Origin: Haliotis rufescens
Lineage: Eukaryota
Length of the DNA: 64,000 nt
Assembly: GCF_023055435.1 (NCBI RefSeq)
Contig: NW_025964001.1
Span: 45,756,001-45,820,000 of the forward strand
Reading direction: 5' to 3'
Shown here: positions 23,836-35,764 of the stretch, piece by piece
Numbering within the stretch: position 1 is the first letter of the stretch
Layout: each line of letters starts with the position of its first letter
The notes under the pieces: model-generated
Told to the model about the DNA's origin: nothing
What the model saw: the letters and a program-made list of their open reading frames with translations, nothing else
The model's database searches: none
Translations under genes and position numbers: made by a program

Positions 23836-25328
23836 TACTGAACACCAAAAGAAACGCGAAATCTTCAAGTTCCTATTTAATATGGGAAAATGGTTGTGAA
23901 AACGGTTGGCTGCTATGGTTCCATTGTAATGGGCTTTAATTGTTTCAAAATGACCCTAACCAGAGTTAAGGGCAGTGACCTCTTAATCCACAGCGCTCAA
24001 ACGCACCGACGTTGAAGTCAGTGTGGGATGGATACGCACAAAATGCACGTGCTGCGTATGCCGCAAAAACTGTCCGTGAAGATGTTGTCTTTAAAAGCCA
24101 CGAAAGTGTCACTGTGAATCATTCACTCATCAACGTCAGTGACAATGCCACGACTGTCACAGGTCGATCGAGAGGGGGCTATTGGGCTGGTGAGAGTGTT
24201 CAGAGAGTTGCAAACACCTTTAACGTCCACGTTTCCACCATCTACCGTCTGCAGGAAAGATTCCAGACAACCAACAGCACCAGAGACAGGCACTGTACCG
24301 GCAGACCACGTGTGACAACACAACGTCAGGACCGTCACATTCACAGGTCACATCTGCAAGAACGTTTCCTGTCGGCCAGTGAAACTGCTGGGAACGTCGT
24401 TGGAAACCACGGGAGGGCTGTAAGTTCCAACACAGTAAGACGGCGACTTCGTGACAGAGGGATTCAATGCAGGCGACCATCACAAGGTCCTGTTCTCACT
24501 CAACGTCACCGTCTCCTGAGACTACAGTGGGCCCAAGCACGCTTGAATTGGCGTCATCAGCAGTGGAGAAGAGTTCTGTTCTCTGATGAAAGTCGGTATC
24601 GTGTTGATCGTGCCGATGGACGTGTTAGAGTATGGCGACGTCGCGGTAAGCGCTATCATGTCCAGTGTGTCCTTGAACGGAACTCGTGGGGTGGACCTAG
24701 TGTCATGGTTTGGGGTGGAATAGGGTTAAATCAGAGAACTGATTTTGTTATCTTTCAGAACGTTGGAGCTGGTAGGGGCCATGGTGTCACTGCTCAGCGT
24801 TACATCGATCAGGTGTTGAGGCCCCAGGTTGTACCGTCTTTTGCAAGACATGGCAACTTCCAATTTCAACAGGATAACGCTCGTCCCCACACCGCCAGGA
24901 TTACTCAAGCCTTCTTGCAACAGCACAATATCAACCCATGCCCTGGCCGGCTCTTAGTCCTGATCTCAACCCTATTGAACACTTGTGGGATGAAGTGCAG
25001 AGACGTTTAAACATGGCGCGTCCGAGGCCAAGGACAGCTGCACAGTTCGAGGTTACCATCCTGCAGGTGTGGCGTCACATCCCCATGAACACTATCAACC
25101 GTCTTATTCACTCCATGCACAGACGGTGTGTCGCGCTTGTGAATGCAAATGGGGGCCATACCAGGTATTGAGGTGTACCCAGTTGACTTCAGCATGTCCA
25201 GAGAACTGACTCTTTCTTATTGCTAATGAATTGTGTTGTATCCATCATTATTATGTTTATGCCAGCTGAAACAAAATACATCATGTTTCCTATACCTTCT
25301 TGATTCGCGTTTCTTTTGGTGTTCAGTA
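23836..25328 (+). mobile_element. Tc1-like DD34E transposon C, nested in the 5' region of copy B
   Basis: TIRs TACTGAACACCAAAAGAAACGCGAA / TTCGCGTTTCTTTTGGTGTTCAGTA, TA TSD 23834-23835 and 25329-25330. Confidence 0.95.
24145..25171 (+). pseudogene. Tc1 DD34E transposase of element C, two frameshifts
   Basis: MPRLSQVDRE..., LFSDESR, VMVWGGI, QQDNARPH, WPALSPDLNPIEHLW, GGHTRY*; 34 residues between the second D and E. Confidence 0.9.
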
Positions 25329-25403
25329 TACATTGTTTAGCATCGTGCTGACATCAACCACTCGGAAAAACAACAAAATTACGCAATTATTCAACATTAC
25401 GAA

Positions 25404-26406
25404 ATGCCACACCTGTCCGAAAATGAGCGTCTGCGAGGCATTGGTATGCTTGAAGCAGGATCGAGTCAACGTGATGTTGCAAGAGAATTTAACGCCCACA
25501 GAAACACCATTTGGTGTTTATTGCAACTTTGGCAACAGACGAATGCAGTCAGAGACCATCCTCGGAGTGGCAGGCCACGTGTAACCAATAATCGACAAGA
25601 CAACTGGATTCGAACAACACACCTACGAAATCGATTCCAGCCAGCAACGGTGACTGCAAGATGCATCCCTGGCCTTCGACGAATAATTTCACAAACCGTA
25701 CGTCGTCGCCTCAGATGTGCAGTGATTGTCGCCTGTAGACCCACCAGACGTCCCATTTTGACAGGAAACCACCGTCAAGCACGTCTACAGTGGTGTAGAC
25801 AGCGTCTACGCTGGACGGCCATGCAGTGGGGACAAGTTTTATTCACTGACAAGTCTCGTTTTTTACTCAGCCACAGCGTTGTACGGATTCGAGTGTACCG
25901 ACGTCGAGGTGAAAGATACGTAAATCATTGTGTCATGGAAGAAGATCAGTTCGGGGTCGGCAACGTTATGGTATGGGGTGGGATTACAGCAAGACAGAGG
26001 ACCCGTTTGATAGTGGTAGCGGGAAAACACAATGGACAGCGCTACCGCGACGAGATTATCGGCCCTGTTCTACCGTTTTTGCGTCGTCGTGGCCCAGGCA
26101 TTACTTTTCAACATGACAACGCCTGGCCTCATATTACTCGACTTGTTCAGGATTCTCTTCAACAAAGCAACGTGAATGTCATCCCCTGGTCGGCTCGCTC
26201 CCCTGATCTCACCAATCGAGCACATGTTGGATGAGATGGATCTGCGCCTTCGAACATGTGTTCCACAGACACTCCAGGAACTTCGAAACATGCTCCAGCA
26301 GATATGGACAGATATCCCACAGGACTTTGTGCGACGCCTGGTCCATTCCATGAGACGAAGATGTGTTGCTTGCATCGCAACCAGAGGTGAACACACACGC
26401 TATTGA
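25404..26406 (+). pseudogene. Tc1 transposase of copy B, frameshifted just before the catalytic E
   Basis: MPHLSENERLRGIGMLEAG, LFTDKSRF, QHDNAWPH, WSARSPDL / SPIEHMLD...GEHTRY*. Confidence 0.9.
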
Positions 26407-26619
26407 TTTGTAAATTGACATTTTGGCATGTTCATGCTTTTTTTATGAAATCACGCATTTTCTGAAGTCGGTATGGCAAATTAAACCATTTGAACACTTA
26501 CAGGAGTCTTTTATCTGTTGCAAACCGAAATTGTTTCAAATTTGGTAAAAAACATAACTTTGCATGAAATCTTATTCAGTGTCAGAGGAACTTTTGTTGT
26601 TCAGTATATTTAAGGTCAA

Positions 26620-26690
26620 GTGAGTGAGTATGGTTTTGCGCCGCTTTTAGCAATATGCCAGCAACATCATTGCGGTGGACACTTGAAATA
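26620..26690 (-). mobile_element. SINE tail fragment (same family as 2421-2581)
   Basis: GTGAGTGAGTATGGTTTTGCGCCGCTTTTAGCAATAT. Confidence 0.7.
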
Positions 26691-26795
26691 TTTTTTATGC
26701 AAATTCTGTGAGTGGTGGGTGCTACCGGAAGGGCGGGACATGTTCACCCTTTTTCGCGAACACTTGGTGTCATCGTTGAATAATCCATTCATATA

Positions 26796-27813
26796 AACTG
26801 ACGGCCAAAAGAATCTTGACCATAGTTTTAAATCACTCTAGTTTATAAACCACAAAAGATTGATGCATGAAGTAAAATGTATTGAAAAGATAAAAATCTC
26901 AACGAAATCAGCGTAATGGTTGGCATACAGCATCCGATATTGGCATGGCAGTTGCCCGATTTGAGGTGGGATAGCAAACGAAAGCTTTCAACGACGTAAT
27001 GGACAAAGGGCACAAGCATCTAAAATCGCTCAAATTCAGTGACACGTCACCTTAATAGCGTGTATACTTCCTGTTACAAGACACGCAAAAACTCTCCGGC
27101 GCACAGAAAAAGTCTGATGACGTCACGTGGGATACATTCTTCTTCAGTTCTTGTCGTTTGGCTGGAGGATGTGGTCGCTATCAAACACGGCGATCTATTA
27201 CATCCCTGAGGTGTTCTACGGGGGACATGTTTGGGGAGCGTGCATGCCACGGCACGCGTTGACGTTGTTGGCTGCAAGGAAGCAAGAAATGGTAGAACAA
27301 TCGGACAAAAAATATCATCCATGTCACGCGGAGCTGTCAAATTTCCGTTTACGATGACCAGTAGTGTTTTCTCCTGCCCACAAATCCCTCTCACACCATA
27401 ACACCCCTTCCACCATACGATACGACCTCCTGAACTCAACATGCCGCCGTTCGTTCTCCCCTTCGGCTGTAAACACGCTGACTTCCATCAGCTCTGAACA
27501 GATAGAACCGGCTTTCATCCGTGAAAACGGCTCCCACCCGTATCATACCCAGGGCCCGCTCGCGTTGTTCGTGGCATTTCTGTGGTGCTTTTGTACCAGT
27601 GTGTGTGTCTGACGTGCCGTCCGTATCATTTATATACCCTTATGCACGTGTAGTTTCGGCTGCCCAAGCGACATGTGTTTTTCTCTTTTTTCACATTTTC
27701 TACATAAAAACACGTGCCGTGGAGCATTGTTGTGTTTGAGCGATGTGTTTTGCATTGATTTAGTTTGGACTTGTGTTTTTAAATATTTGCAATTTCATTT
27801 TTGGCCGTCAGTT
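26796..27813 (-). mobile_element. Decayed Tc1-like transposon D
   Basis: TIRs AACTGACGGCCAAAA / TTTTGGCCGTCAGTT, TA TSD; minus-strand remnants DESRFYLFRADG, GICGQEKTLLVIVNGNLTA, IVLPFL. Confidence 0.85.
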
Positions 27814-27914
27814 TAGTTTTCACTGCTATTTTGCCTTTCACGCCCAAAGGAATCTGTTTCGGCGGATGATCGGGACTAGTTATTCTCTGGAGTCGACGTT
27901 TTCAAACTGCTGTA

Positions 27915-28179
27915 GACCGATCCATGGTCTAGTGGTAGAGCGTCCGCCCGGAGAGCGGAAGGTCCGTGATTCAATCACCGACCGCGTCAAACCAAAAGAC
28001 GTTAAAAGATGGTACTTGTTGTTACCCTGTCTGGTGCTCGGCATTAAGGGTCTAAAACAAGGTCTGGTCGCCTCGGGGTCAGTATACTCTGTCTGAGTGG
28101 GGTATTCATGTTAAACTGTGGCATGGTATCTTAGTGGACTAGCACTATAAATCGGCATCAGTCCGGACTAGTACAAGCA

Positions 28180-28231
<52 letters not shown>

Positions 28232-28285
28232 TGCATGTACGTCGCTGTGCAATTATCTTGGACGCGACGTTAAACCCAATTTCAA
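27915..28285 (+). mobile_element. Family M tRNA-SINE with internal (CA)n microsatellite
   Basis: GGTCTAGTGGTAGAGCG A box, Meta-like core, (CA)n about 28182-28228, tail GACGCGACGTTAAACCC. Confidence 0.9.
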
Positions 28286-28900
28286 CAGTATATGTCTCCA
28301 GTGCTCGTGCTTGTCGTCAATGATGGGGACGGTTTCAATGCGTCCCCTGGCTCATTGTACGTCCTCGTGCGTGGAAGTCGCGTACAGATACTCATACCAT
28401 CAATCACTGATGCATCGATGCAGCTGTAACACGTATATCGACATTCCCCCACAGCCATAAAGACTCGAAGTGCTGGATCATTGGACAGAGGTATGAATGA
28501 TCCGAATTAGATCAACATATCGTCTCTGAAATGAATATATTTTTTACAGTTCTTAAATCATCTTAATAAAATATTATACATAAGAGCCAATAGACTTTCT
28601 TGAAACTGCCTTAATCTAGACTTGCAAAATAGTGTAGACTTGCATGGGTTAAATTGGACATATGTGTTTAATGGTCCGTGTGGCAAACTAGATCAGAAAG
28701 TGTACAGAGTAGATCGTGATAGAAAAGAAATATTCAAATGGATAAACAGGTACACCCATGCTATCATGTTAGTGTAACGGGTTGTGTTTGGGCTTGGCAC
28801 AGGTTTGTCACACACTGACATGCCAACAGCTGTGTCAAGGCTGTACAGCACATCTATGGCGTGGTGGCAACACTTCCAGTGACTAATCCAATCACATGGA

Positions 28901-29118
28901 TGAGTGAGTGAGTTGGTTGTAACGCCGCTTTCAACAGTATTTCAGTTTTAAAAAGGCGTGTCAGCTTGATGTGGGAGGAAAGTACGAAGTGATGCAGGCA
29001 TAACACCATGCCGCAGTTTAAGGCCGAGCGGCAGGCAGGGCAACGGCAAGTACCATCTTTTAACGTATAATGGTGTGTCGCGGCCTCGGTCGAACCAGCG
29101 AACCTCCGCTCTCCTGGC
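28901..29118 (-). mobile_element. Chimeric SINE (family M head and core plus V-like tail)
   Basis: Reverse complement has ACGTTAAAAGATGGTACTTG..CCCTGCCTGCCGCTCGG then CCTGCATCACTTCG..TTTCCTCCCACA..GCTGACACGCC as at 3781-3824. Confidence 0.7.
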
Positions 29119-29561
29119 ACAGCAAATACTAAGTGATGATTACTTTCAAAATAGTAATTTCTGGGATCATCATACATATAAACTCTTGAAAAAAAGAACT
29201 GCACAGGAAGTTCATTGAACCTGACTACACAAAATATCCGGTATATAAATTGGATATATGTTTTTGGAAAATGTTGGTGGCCTGATATTCGACAGATGGT
29301 GCGTCAAAACGCAGCCATTGTCGATTTGCAATGTCTTAATCGGCATTGTTTTCACACTTGTTCAAAAATGTCATGGAGGAAAACAGTAAAACAAAATGCA
29401 CGTGCAAGTTATGGCATTCGTAACTCGTGGTAGTGGCTACAAAAAGGCAAGCATAAGCCAATAATTTGTGAACCAATTGTCAACAGTTTTCAAGTTCAAA
29501 AATGCCGAGACTCGGAACATCGCCATAGGACAAATCCAATCGCAGTCTTCTGTTGCACGCC

Positions 29562-30695
29562 GACCGCCTTCGTGGTCTAGTGGTAGAGCGTACAGCCGGA
29601 GAGCGAAAGGTCCGGGGTTCGATCCCCGACCGCGTCAAACCAAAAGACGTTAAAAGATGGTACTTGTTGTTACCCTGTCTGGCGCTCGGCATTAAGGGTC
29701 TAAAACAAGGACTGGTCGGCTCGGAGTCAGTATACTGTGTCTGAGCGGGGTATTCATGTTAAATAGCGGTATGGTATCTCAGTGAGCTAAAGTACTCATG
29801 GAAATGAAAAAAAAAATGTTTTGCTGGATTTAATAATCGCTACAAAGCATTACGTAGATGTAAATACGAAATAACAAAACAACTGGAAAAGTACTAGTCT
29901 GGATTTGCTAGTTTTATCTCAGTGCTCATTACAAAATGTACTTTACAGGAGGTAATTTGTAAGCACTTTCAACATTCAAAAATAAAACTAAGTCCAAATT
30001 GACATGGCAGAAACAGGCTATAGGCATTATGCAAATTAGCCTGGAAAAAAGTTATCAAGACAACAATAAAAATAACAGCTATGTTTATGTACATAATAAT
30101 AATGACATGTAAGTTGTTGTTTGAGATGGGTTATAGATCGCTAACAACTAAAGTTAGCCCACCACACTAGGGACCACGGGGACTTGCGATACTTTGACGA
30201 TGATTCACTATCCCACAATGCCACTCACAAATCACTAACCACTCACAAATCACATGCACCTGGGTTTCAAGCACCTGTTCACCTGTCGTCAAGGTGTCAT
30301 AAGGTCATGGACATTCACCTTGATCTACTAACACCTGGTTATGCTCAGTTTCACAATAGTCTGTTTTGTTCATATTTTCGCACACTTTTACGTGTAAAAA
30401 GACATAAAAACCTTTGATACGCTGTATTTGTGCCAAGGCCCAATAAGTACTAATTAAGTTGTTGGAATATTTATATATTTTGTATATTAACTGCATTTAT
30501 TTAAAATCTGAGATCGAAAAAACAGATTTTTTTCATTTCCGTGAGTACTTTAGCACTATAAATCGGCATCAGTCCGGACTAGTACAAGCAGCACCACAAA
30601 CACACACACGTATATGCACGTCGCTATATAAGAGCAATAATCTTGGACGCGACGTTAAACCCATTTCACCTCACCTCACCTCACCTCACCTCACC
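29562..30695 (+). mobile_element. Family M tRNA-SINE inserted in Tc1 E, itself interrupted by a MITE
   Basis: TSD TCTGTTGCAYGCC (29549-29561, 30696-30708); (TCACC)n tail. Confidence 0.9.
29790..30550. mobile_element. MITE with TA target duplication
   Basis: TIRs AAGTACTCATGGAAATGAAAAAAA / TTTTTTCATTTCCGTGAGTACTT; removing it and one TA restores the SINE motif GTGAGCTAGCACTATAAA. Confidence 0.9.
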
Positions 30696-30726
30696 TCTGT
30701 TGCATGCCACTTCAACGTCTACCACT

Positions 30727-31100
30727 AGTCAAGCGGATTATGGCATATTATAAAAAGAATCGTGCACTTTGTGGTAAAAGCATGAAATTTGGCATCAATA
30801 TACATCAGACCAATACGGTTAAATTTAGATATAGTGACATCGTTGACGTGACCTTTGGTGATCTTGGCGGCCATCTTGAAAAATGGCCGACAATCTTACA
30901 AGTATCTGTTGATATCTTGGCGACTTAGATAGCTGGAGCCATTATATTGGTGTGTAAATAAATATGTTTTATCTCCAAGAAAGTTGAAAACCTCGTTGAG
31001 TGTATTAACCCTTGATAATTGGAAATATTCCTGATAATATGGCATCAACGCGTATGGCGGGCAACTCTCCTTTCGGTCACTGTAGAAGTACTCAGTATTT
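30727..31100. mobile_element. Non-coding insertion inside the Tc1 E transposase (probable non-autonomous DNA element)
   Basis: Interrupts the transposase between HFNVYH and the resumption near 31108; contains GGCGGCCATCTTGAAAAATGGCCG; ends not well defined. Confidence 0.5.
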
Positions 31101-32584
31101 TTGACCGATACACACAGTTCAATTCCACTGCAGACCCTCCGGGAACCGGCCGACCAAGAGTTGCCACCCCTGCATAGGATCGCTACATTCGACAGCTCCA
31201 CCTACGTCATCGCAATGCCACAGCTACGGAGACTGCAGGACACATCCCTGGTTTGAGGAGGATATCGGACCCGACTGTCAGGAACCATCTTCGCGAGGCT
31301 TGAATCCGACCCAGAAGACCAGTTATCGTCCCTGTTTTGCAACAGATCCATCGACAGCAACGCTTGCGTTGGTGCCATACCTTATAGCCTTGGAATTTGA
31401 GAAACTGGAGACGAGTGTGGCTCAGCAAGGAATCACAATTTTCTTCTTCACCGGCGAGATGGAAGACAGCGTGTTTATCGTCGTCGAAATTAGCGTTTTG
31501 CCCCACATTGTGTACGTGGATTCGACAATTTCAACCTCACCTTCTTCCAATAATTGACCGCTAGAGGGAGCTGTTTCAACGGGACAACGTTCCAGCGCAA
31601 AGAGCTCGTGACACTTTAGACTACCTTCATAATGCCAACATCAACGTTTTGCCCTGGCCGTCGAGATCTCCAGATTTCAACCCAATCGAACACCTCTGGG
31701 ATGAGCTCGATCGACGTGTACGTCAACGTCAGAACACGCCGCAGACACTCCCACAACTGGCCAACGCGTTACAAGCAGAATGGCGCAGAATCCCGCAGGA
31801 CCTAATTTATACACTTATCCAGTCAGTGCCGAGGAGATGCAGAGCAGTGATTGCTGCCCGGGGCGAGTCACACGAGCAATCTTGTGGCCTTATGTGACAT
31901 GACAATGAACAGTTTTAAATTCCTTTGTACAACGACATGTGACTATCGAGATCCATAGTCATATTTGTATCTATGATATTAAATTAAATATATCGACTTT
32001 CTTAGGTACAATAAACTGACTTAAAATCTACCTGTGCGTTTCTTTTTTGAAGAGTGTAGCTACACATGCATAGTGTGGCATGTCATGTTTCAACGCTGCG
32101 AACCATGGTTACAGGTCATGCTTCAACGCTGAGAACCAAGGTTACAGGTTACAGAATTTAGCTAAAACTAGTTCGAGAATATTTAAAATAATGAGCATTC
32201 AGCATCACAATATGAAAACAGGTTATAGATCGCTAACAACTAAAGTTAGCCCACCACACTAGGGACCACGGGGACTTGCGATACACCATCTCTTCAGGTG
32301 CTGGCGATTGTAAGCAATTCTGGCCATAAATCTAACCAATGTTAGTTTCATTTCGAAGTCTAGCATACATTAAAAAAACTGTGAATGATGTGGAACTTAC
32401 TTACCCTTTAAGGGGGACAATAACACACATTAATTCAATTTCTTTAAAAAAGAATGTTTTATCGCTGACGATTTGTTTAGCTTTTCAAACTTTATTCAGT
32501 TTAATATCCATTTTGATATGTACTAAGAGGTGATTATGGTCTCTGGTGATACATACTGAGTAATGGAAAATGTAGTTAAGCAAA

Positions 32585-35500
32585 GGAGAGAGGATGAGCC
32601 AGCACAGGAGAGAGGATGAGCCATTACAAGCACAGGAGCGAGGGTGAGCCATTACAAGCACAGGAGCGAGGGTGAGCCATTACAAGCACAGGAGCGAGGG
32701 TGAGCCATTACAAGCACAGGAGCGAGGGTGAGCCATTACAAGCACAGGAGCGAGGGTGAGCCATTACACGCACAGGAGCGAGGGTGAGCCATTACAAGCA
32801 CAGGAGATAGGCGGGGTTTCTACAAGCACAGGAGCGAGGGTGAGCCATTACAAGCACAGGAGATAGGCGGGGTTTCTACAAACAAAGGAGCGAGGATGAG
32901 CCATTACAAACACAGGAGATAGGCGGGGTTTCTACAAACAAAGGAGCGAGGATGAGCCATTACAAACACAGGAGATAGGCGGGGTTTCTACAAGCACAGG
33001 AGGGAGGATGAGCCATTACAAGCACAGGAGAGAGGCGGGGTTTCTGCAAGCACAGGAGCGAGGGTGAGCCATCACAAGCACAGGAGATAGGCGGGGTTTC
33101 TACAAGCACAGGAGCGAGGATGAGCCATTACAAGCACAGGAGATAGGCGGGGTTTCTACAAGCACAGGAGCGAGGATGAGCCATTACAAGCACAGGAGAT
33201 AGGCGGGGTTTCTACAAGCACAGGAGCGAGGATGAGCCATTACAAGCACAGGAGAGAGGCGGGGTTTCTACAAGCACAGGAGCGAGGATGAGCCATTACA
33301 AGCACAGGAGATAGGCGGGGTTTCTACAAGCACAGGAGCGAGGGTGAGCCATTACAAGCACAGGAGATAGGCGGGGTTTCTACAAACAAAGGAGCGAGGA
33401 TGAGCCATTACAAACACAGGAGATAGGCGGGGTTTCTACAAGCACAGGAGGGAGGATGAGCCATTACAAGCACAGGAGATAGGCGGGGTTTCTACAAGCA
33501 CAGGAGCGAGGATGAGCCATTACAAGCACAGGAGATAGGCGGGGTTTCTACAAGCACAGGAGCGAGGGTGAGCCATTACAAGCACAGGAGAGAGGCGGGG
33601 TTTCTACAAGCACAGGAGCGAGGATGAGCCATTACAAGCACAGGAGATAGGCGGGGTTTCTACAAGCACAGGAGCGAGGATGAGCCATTACAAGCACAGG
33701 AGATAGGCGGGGTTTCTACAAGCACAGGAGGGAGGATGAGTGACTACAAGCACAGAAGAGAGGCGGGGTGTCTACAAGCACAGGAGCGAGGGTGAGCCAT
33801 TACAAGCACAGGAGATAGGCGGGGTTTCTACAAGCAAAGGAGCGAGGATGAGTCATTACAAGCACAAGAGATAGGCGGGGTTTCTACAAGCAAAGGAGCG
33901 AGGATGAGCCATTACAAGCACAGGAGATAGGCGGGGTTTCTACAAGCAAAGGAGCGAGGATGAGTCATTACAAGCACAAGAGATAGGCGGGGTTTCTACA
34001 AGCAAAGGAGCGAGGATGAGTCATTACAAGCACAAGAGATAGGCGGGGTTTCTACAAGCAAAGGAGGGAGGGTGAGCCATTACAAGCACAGGAGAGAGGC
34101 GGGGTTTCTACAAGGACAGGAGCGAGGGTGAGCCATTACAAGCACAGGAGCGAGGGTGAGCCATTACAAGCACAGGAGATAGGCGGGGTTTCTACAAGCA
34201 CAGGAGGGAGGGTGAGCCATTACAAGCACAGGAGAGAGGCGGGGTGTCTACAAGCACAGGAGAGAGGATGAGCCATTACAAGAACAGGAGAGAGGCGGGG
34301 TTTCTACAAGGACAGGAGAGAGGATGAGTGACTACAAGCACAGGAGGGAGGCGGGGTTTCTACAAGGACAGGAGAGAGGCGGGGTGTCTACAAGGACAGG
34401 AGAGAGGCGGGGTTTCTACAAGGACAGGAGAGAGGCGGGGTGTCTACAAGGACAGGAGAGAGGATGAGCCACTACAAGCACAGGAGAGAGGCGGGGTGTC
34501 TACAGAGACAGGAGAGAGGATGAGCCACTACAAGAACAGGAGAGAGGCGGGGTGTCTACAGGCACAGGAGAGAGGATGAGTCACTACAAGCACAGGAGAT
34601 AGGCGGGGTGTCTACAAGGACAGGAGAGAGGATGAGCCACTACAAGCACAGGAGAGAGGCGGGGTGTCTACAAGCACAGGAGAGAGGCGGGGTGTCTACA
34701 AGGACAGGAGAGAGGCGGGGTGTCTACAAGGACAGGAGAGAGGATGAGCCACTACAAGAACAGGAGAAAGGCGGGGTGTCTACAAGCACAGGAGAGAGGC
34801 GGGGTTTCTACAAGGACAGGAGAGAGGATGAATGACTGCAAGCACAGGAGAGAGGCGGGGTGTCTACAAGGACAGGAGAGAGGCGGGGTTTCTACAAGGA
34901 CAGGAGAGAGACGGGGTGTCTACAAGGACAGGAGAGAGGCGGGGTGTCTACAAGCACAGGAGAGAGGACGGGTTGTCTACAAGGACAGGAGAGAGGCGGG
35001 GTTTCTACAAGCACAGGAGAGAGGCGGGGTGTCTACAAGCACAGGAGAGAGGCGTGGTGTCTACAAGCACAGGAGAGAGGCGGGGTTTCTACAAGGACAG
35101 GAGAGAGGCGGGGTGTCTACAGGGACAGGAGATAGGCGGGGTTTCTACAAGGACAGGAAAGAGGCGGGGTGTCTACAAGCACAGGAGAGAGACGGGGTGT
35201 CTACAAGGACAGGAGAGAGAATATGCCACTACAAGCACAGGAGAGAGGCGGGGTTTCTACAAGAACAGGAGATAGGCGGGGTTTCTACAAGGACAGGAGA
35301 GAGGCGGGGTGTCTACAAGGACAGGAGAGAGGATGAGCCACTACAAGCACAGGAGATAGGCGGGGTGTCTACAAGCACAGGAGAGAGGCGGGGTTTCTAC
35401 AAGGACAGGAGAGAGGCGGGGTTTCTACAAGCACAGGAGAGAGGCGGGGTTTCTACAAGGACAGGAGAGAGGCGGGGTGTCTACAAGGACAGGAGAGAGG

Positions 35501-35717
35501 ATGAGCCACTACAAGCACAGGAGAGAGGCGGGGTTTCTACAAGCACAGGAGCGAGGGTGAGCCATTACAAACACAGGAGATAGGCGGGGTTTCTACAAAC
35601 AAAGGAGAGAGGATGAGCCATCACAAGCACAGGAGATAGGCGGGGTGTCTACAAGGACAGGAGAGAGGATGTGCCACTACAAGCACAGGAGAGAAGCGGG
35701 GTTTCTACAAGGACAGG
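32585..35717. repeat. 28-bp minisatellite with two variant monomers (ACAAGCACAGGAGCGAGGGTGAGCCATT / ACAAGCACAGGAGAGAGGCGGGGTTTCT)
   Basis: Direct tandem repeats. Confidence 0.95.
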
Positions 35718-35764
35718 TTAATATGGAACAGAGCGTCTTAACGGAGAGCAATTTTTCCATCCCC

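Larger units (their letters stand above)
23611..26606 (+). mobile_element. Tc1-like DNA transposon (copy B, same family as A, opposite orientation) containing nested element C
   Basis: TIRs TACTCAACAACAAAAGTTCCTGTGACA / TGTCAGAGGAACTTTTGTTGTTCAGTA, TA TSD. Confidence 0.95.
29181..32056 (+). mobile_element. Decayed Tc1-like transposon E hosting nested insertions
   Basis: TIRs AACTCTTGAAAAAAAGAACTGCACAGG / CCTGTGCGTTTCTTTTTTGAAGAGTG, TA TSD; remnants MPRL (29502), HIPGLRRISDPTVRNHLREA, WPSRSPDFNPIEHLWDELDRRV. Confidence 0.9.

Noticed and set aside
29562-29635. tRNA-like sequences (also 2510-2581, 3599-3710, 10822, 27915)
   Set aside because: SINE heads followed by SINE bodies, tails and TSDs; acceptor stems not intact
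32529-32550. GGTGAT-TATGGTCTCT-GGTGAT, half of the CAGAGACCATAT palindrome
   Set aside because: Only one arm and a shorter duplication; possibly a trimmed footprint but not supportable alone
34328-35583. Several overlapping Arg/Gly-rich ORFs
   Set aside because: Open in multiple frames because the 28-bp repeat lacks stops
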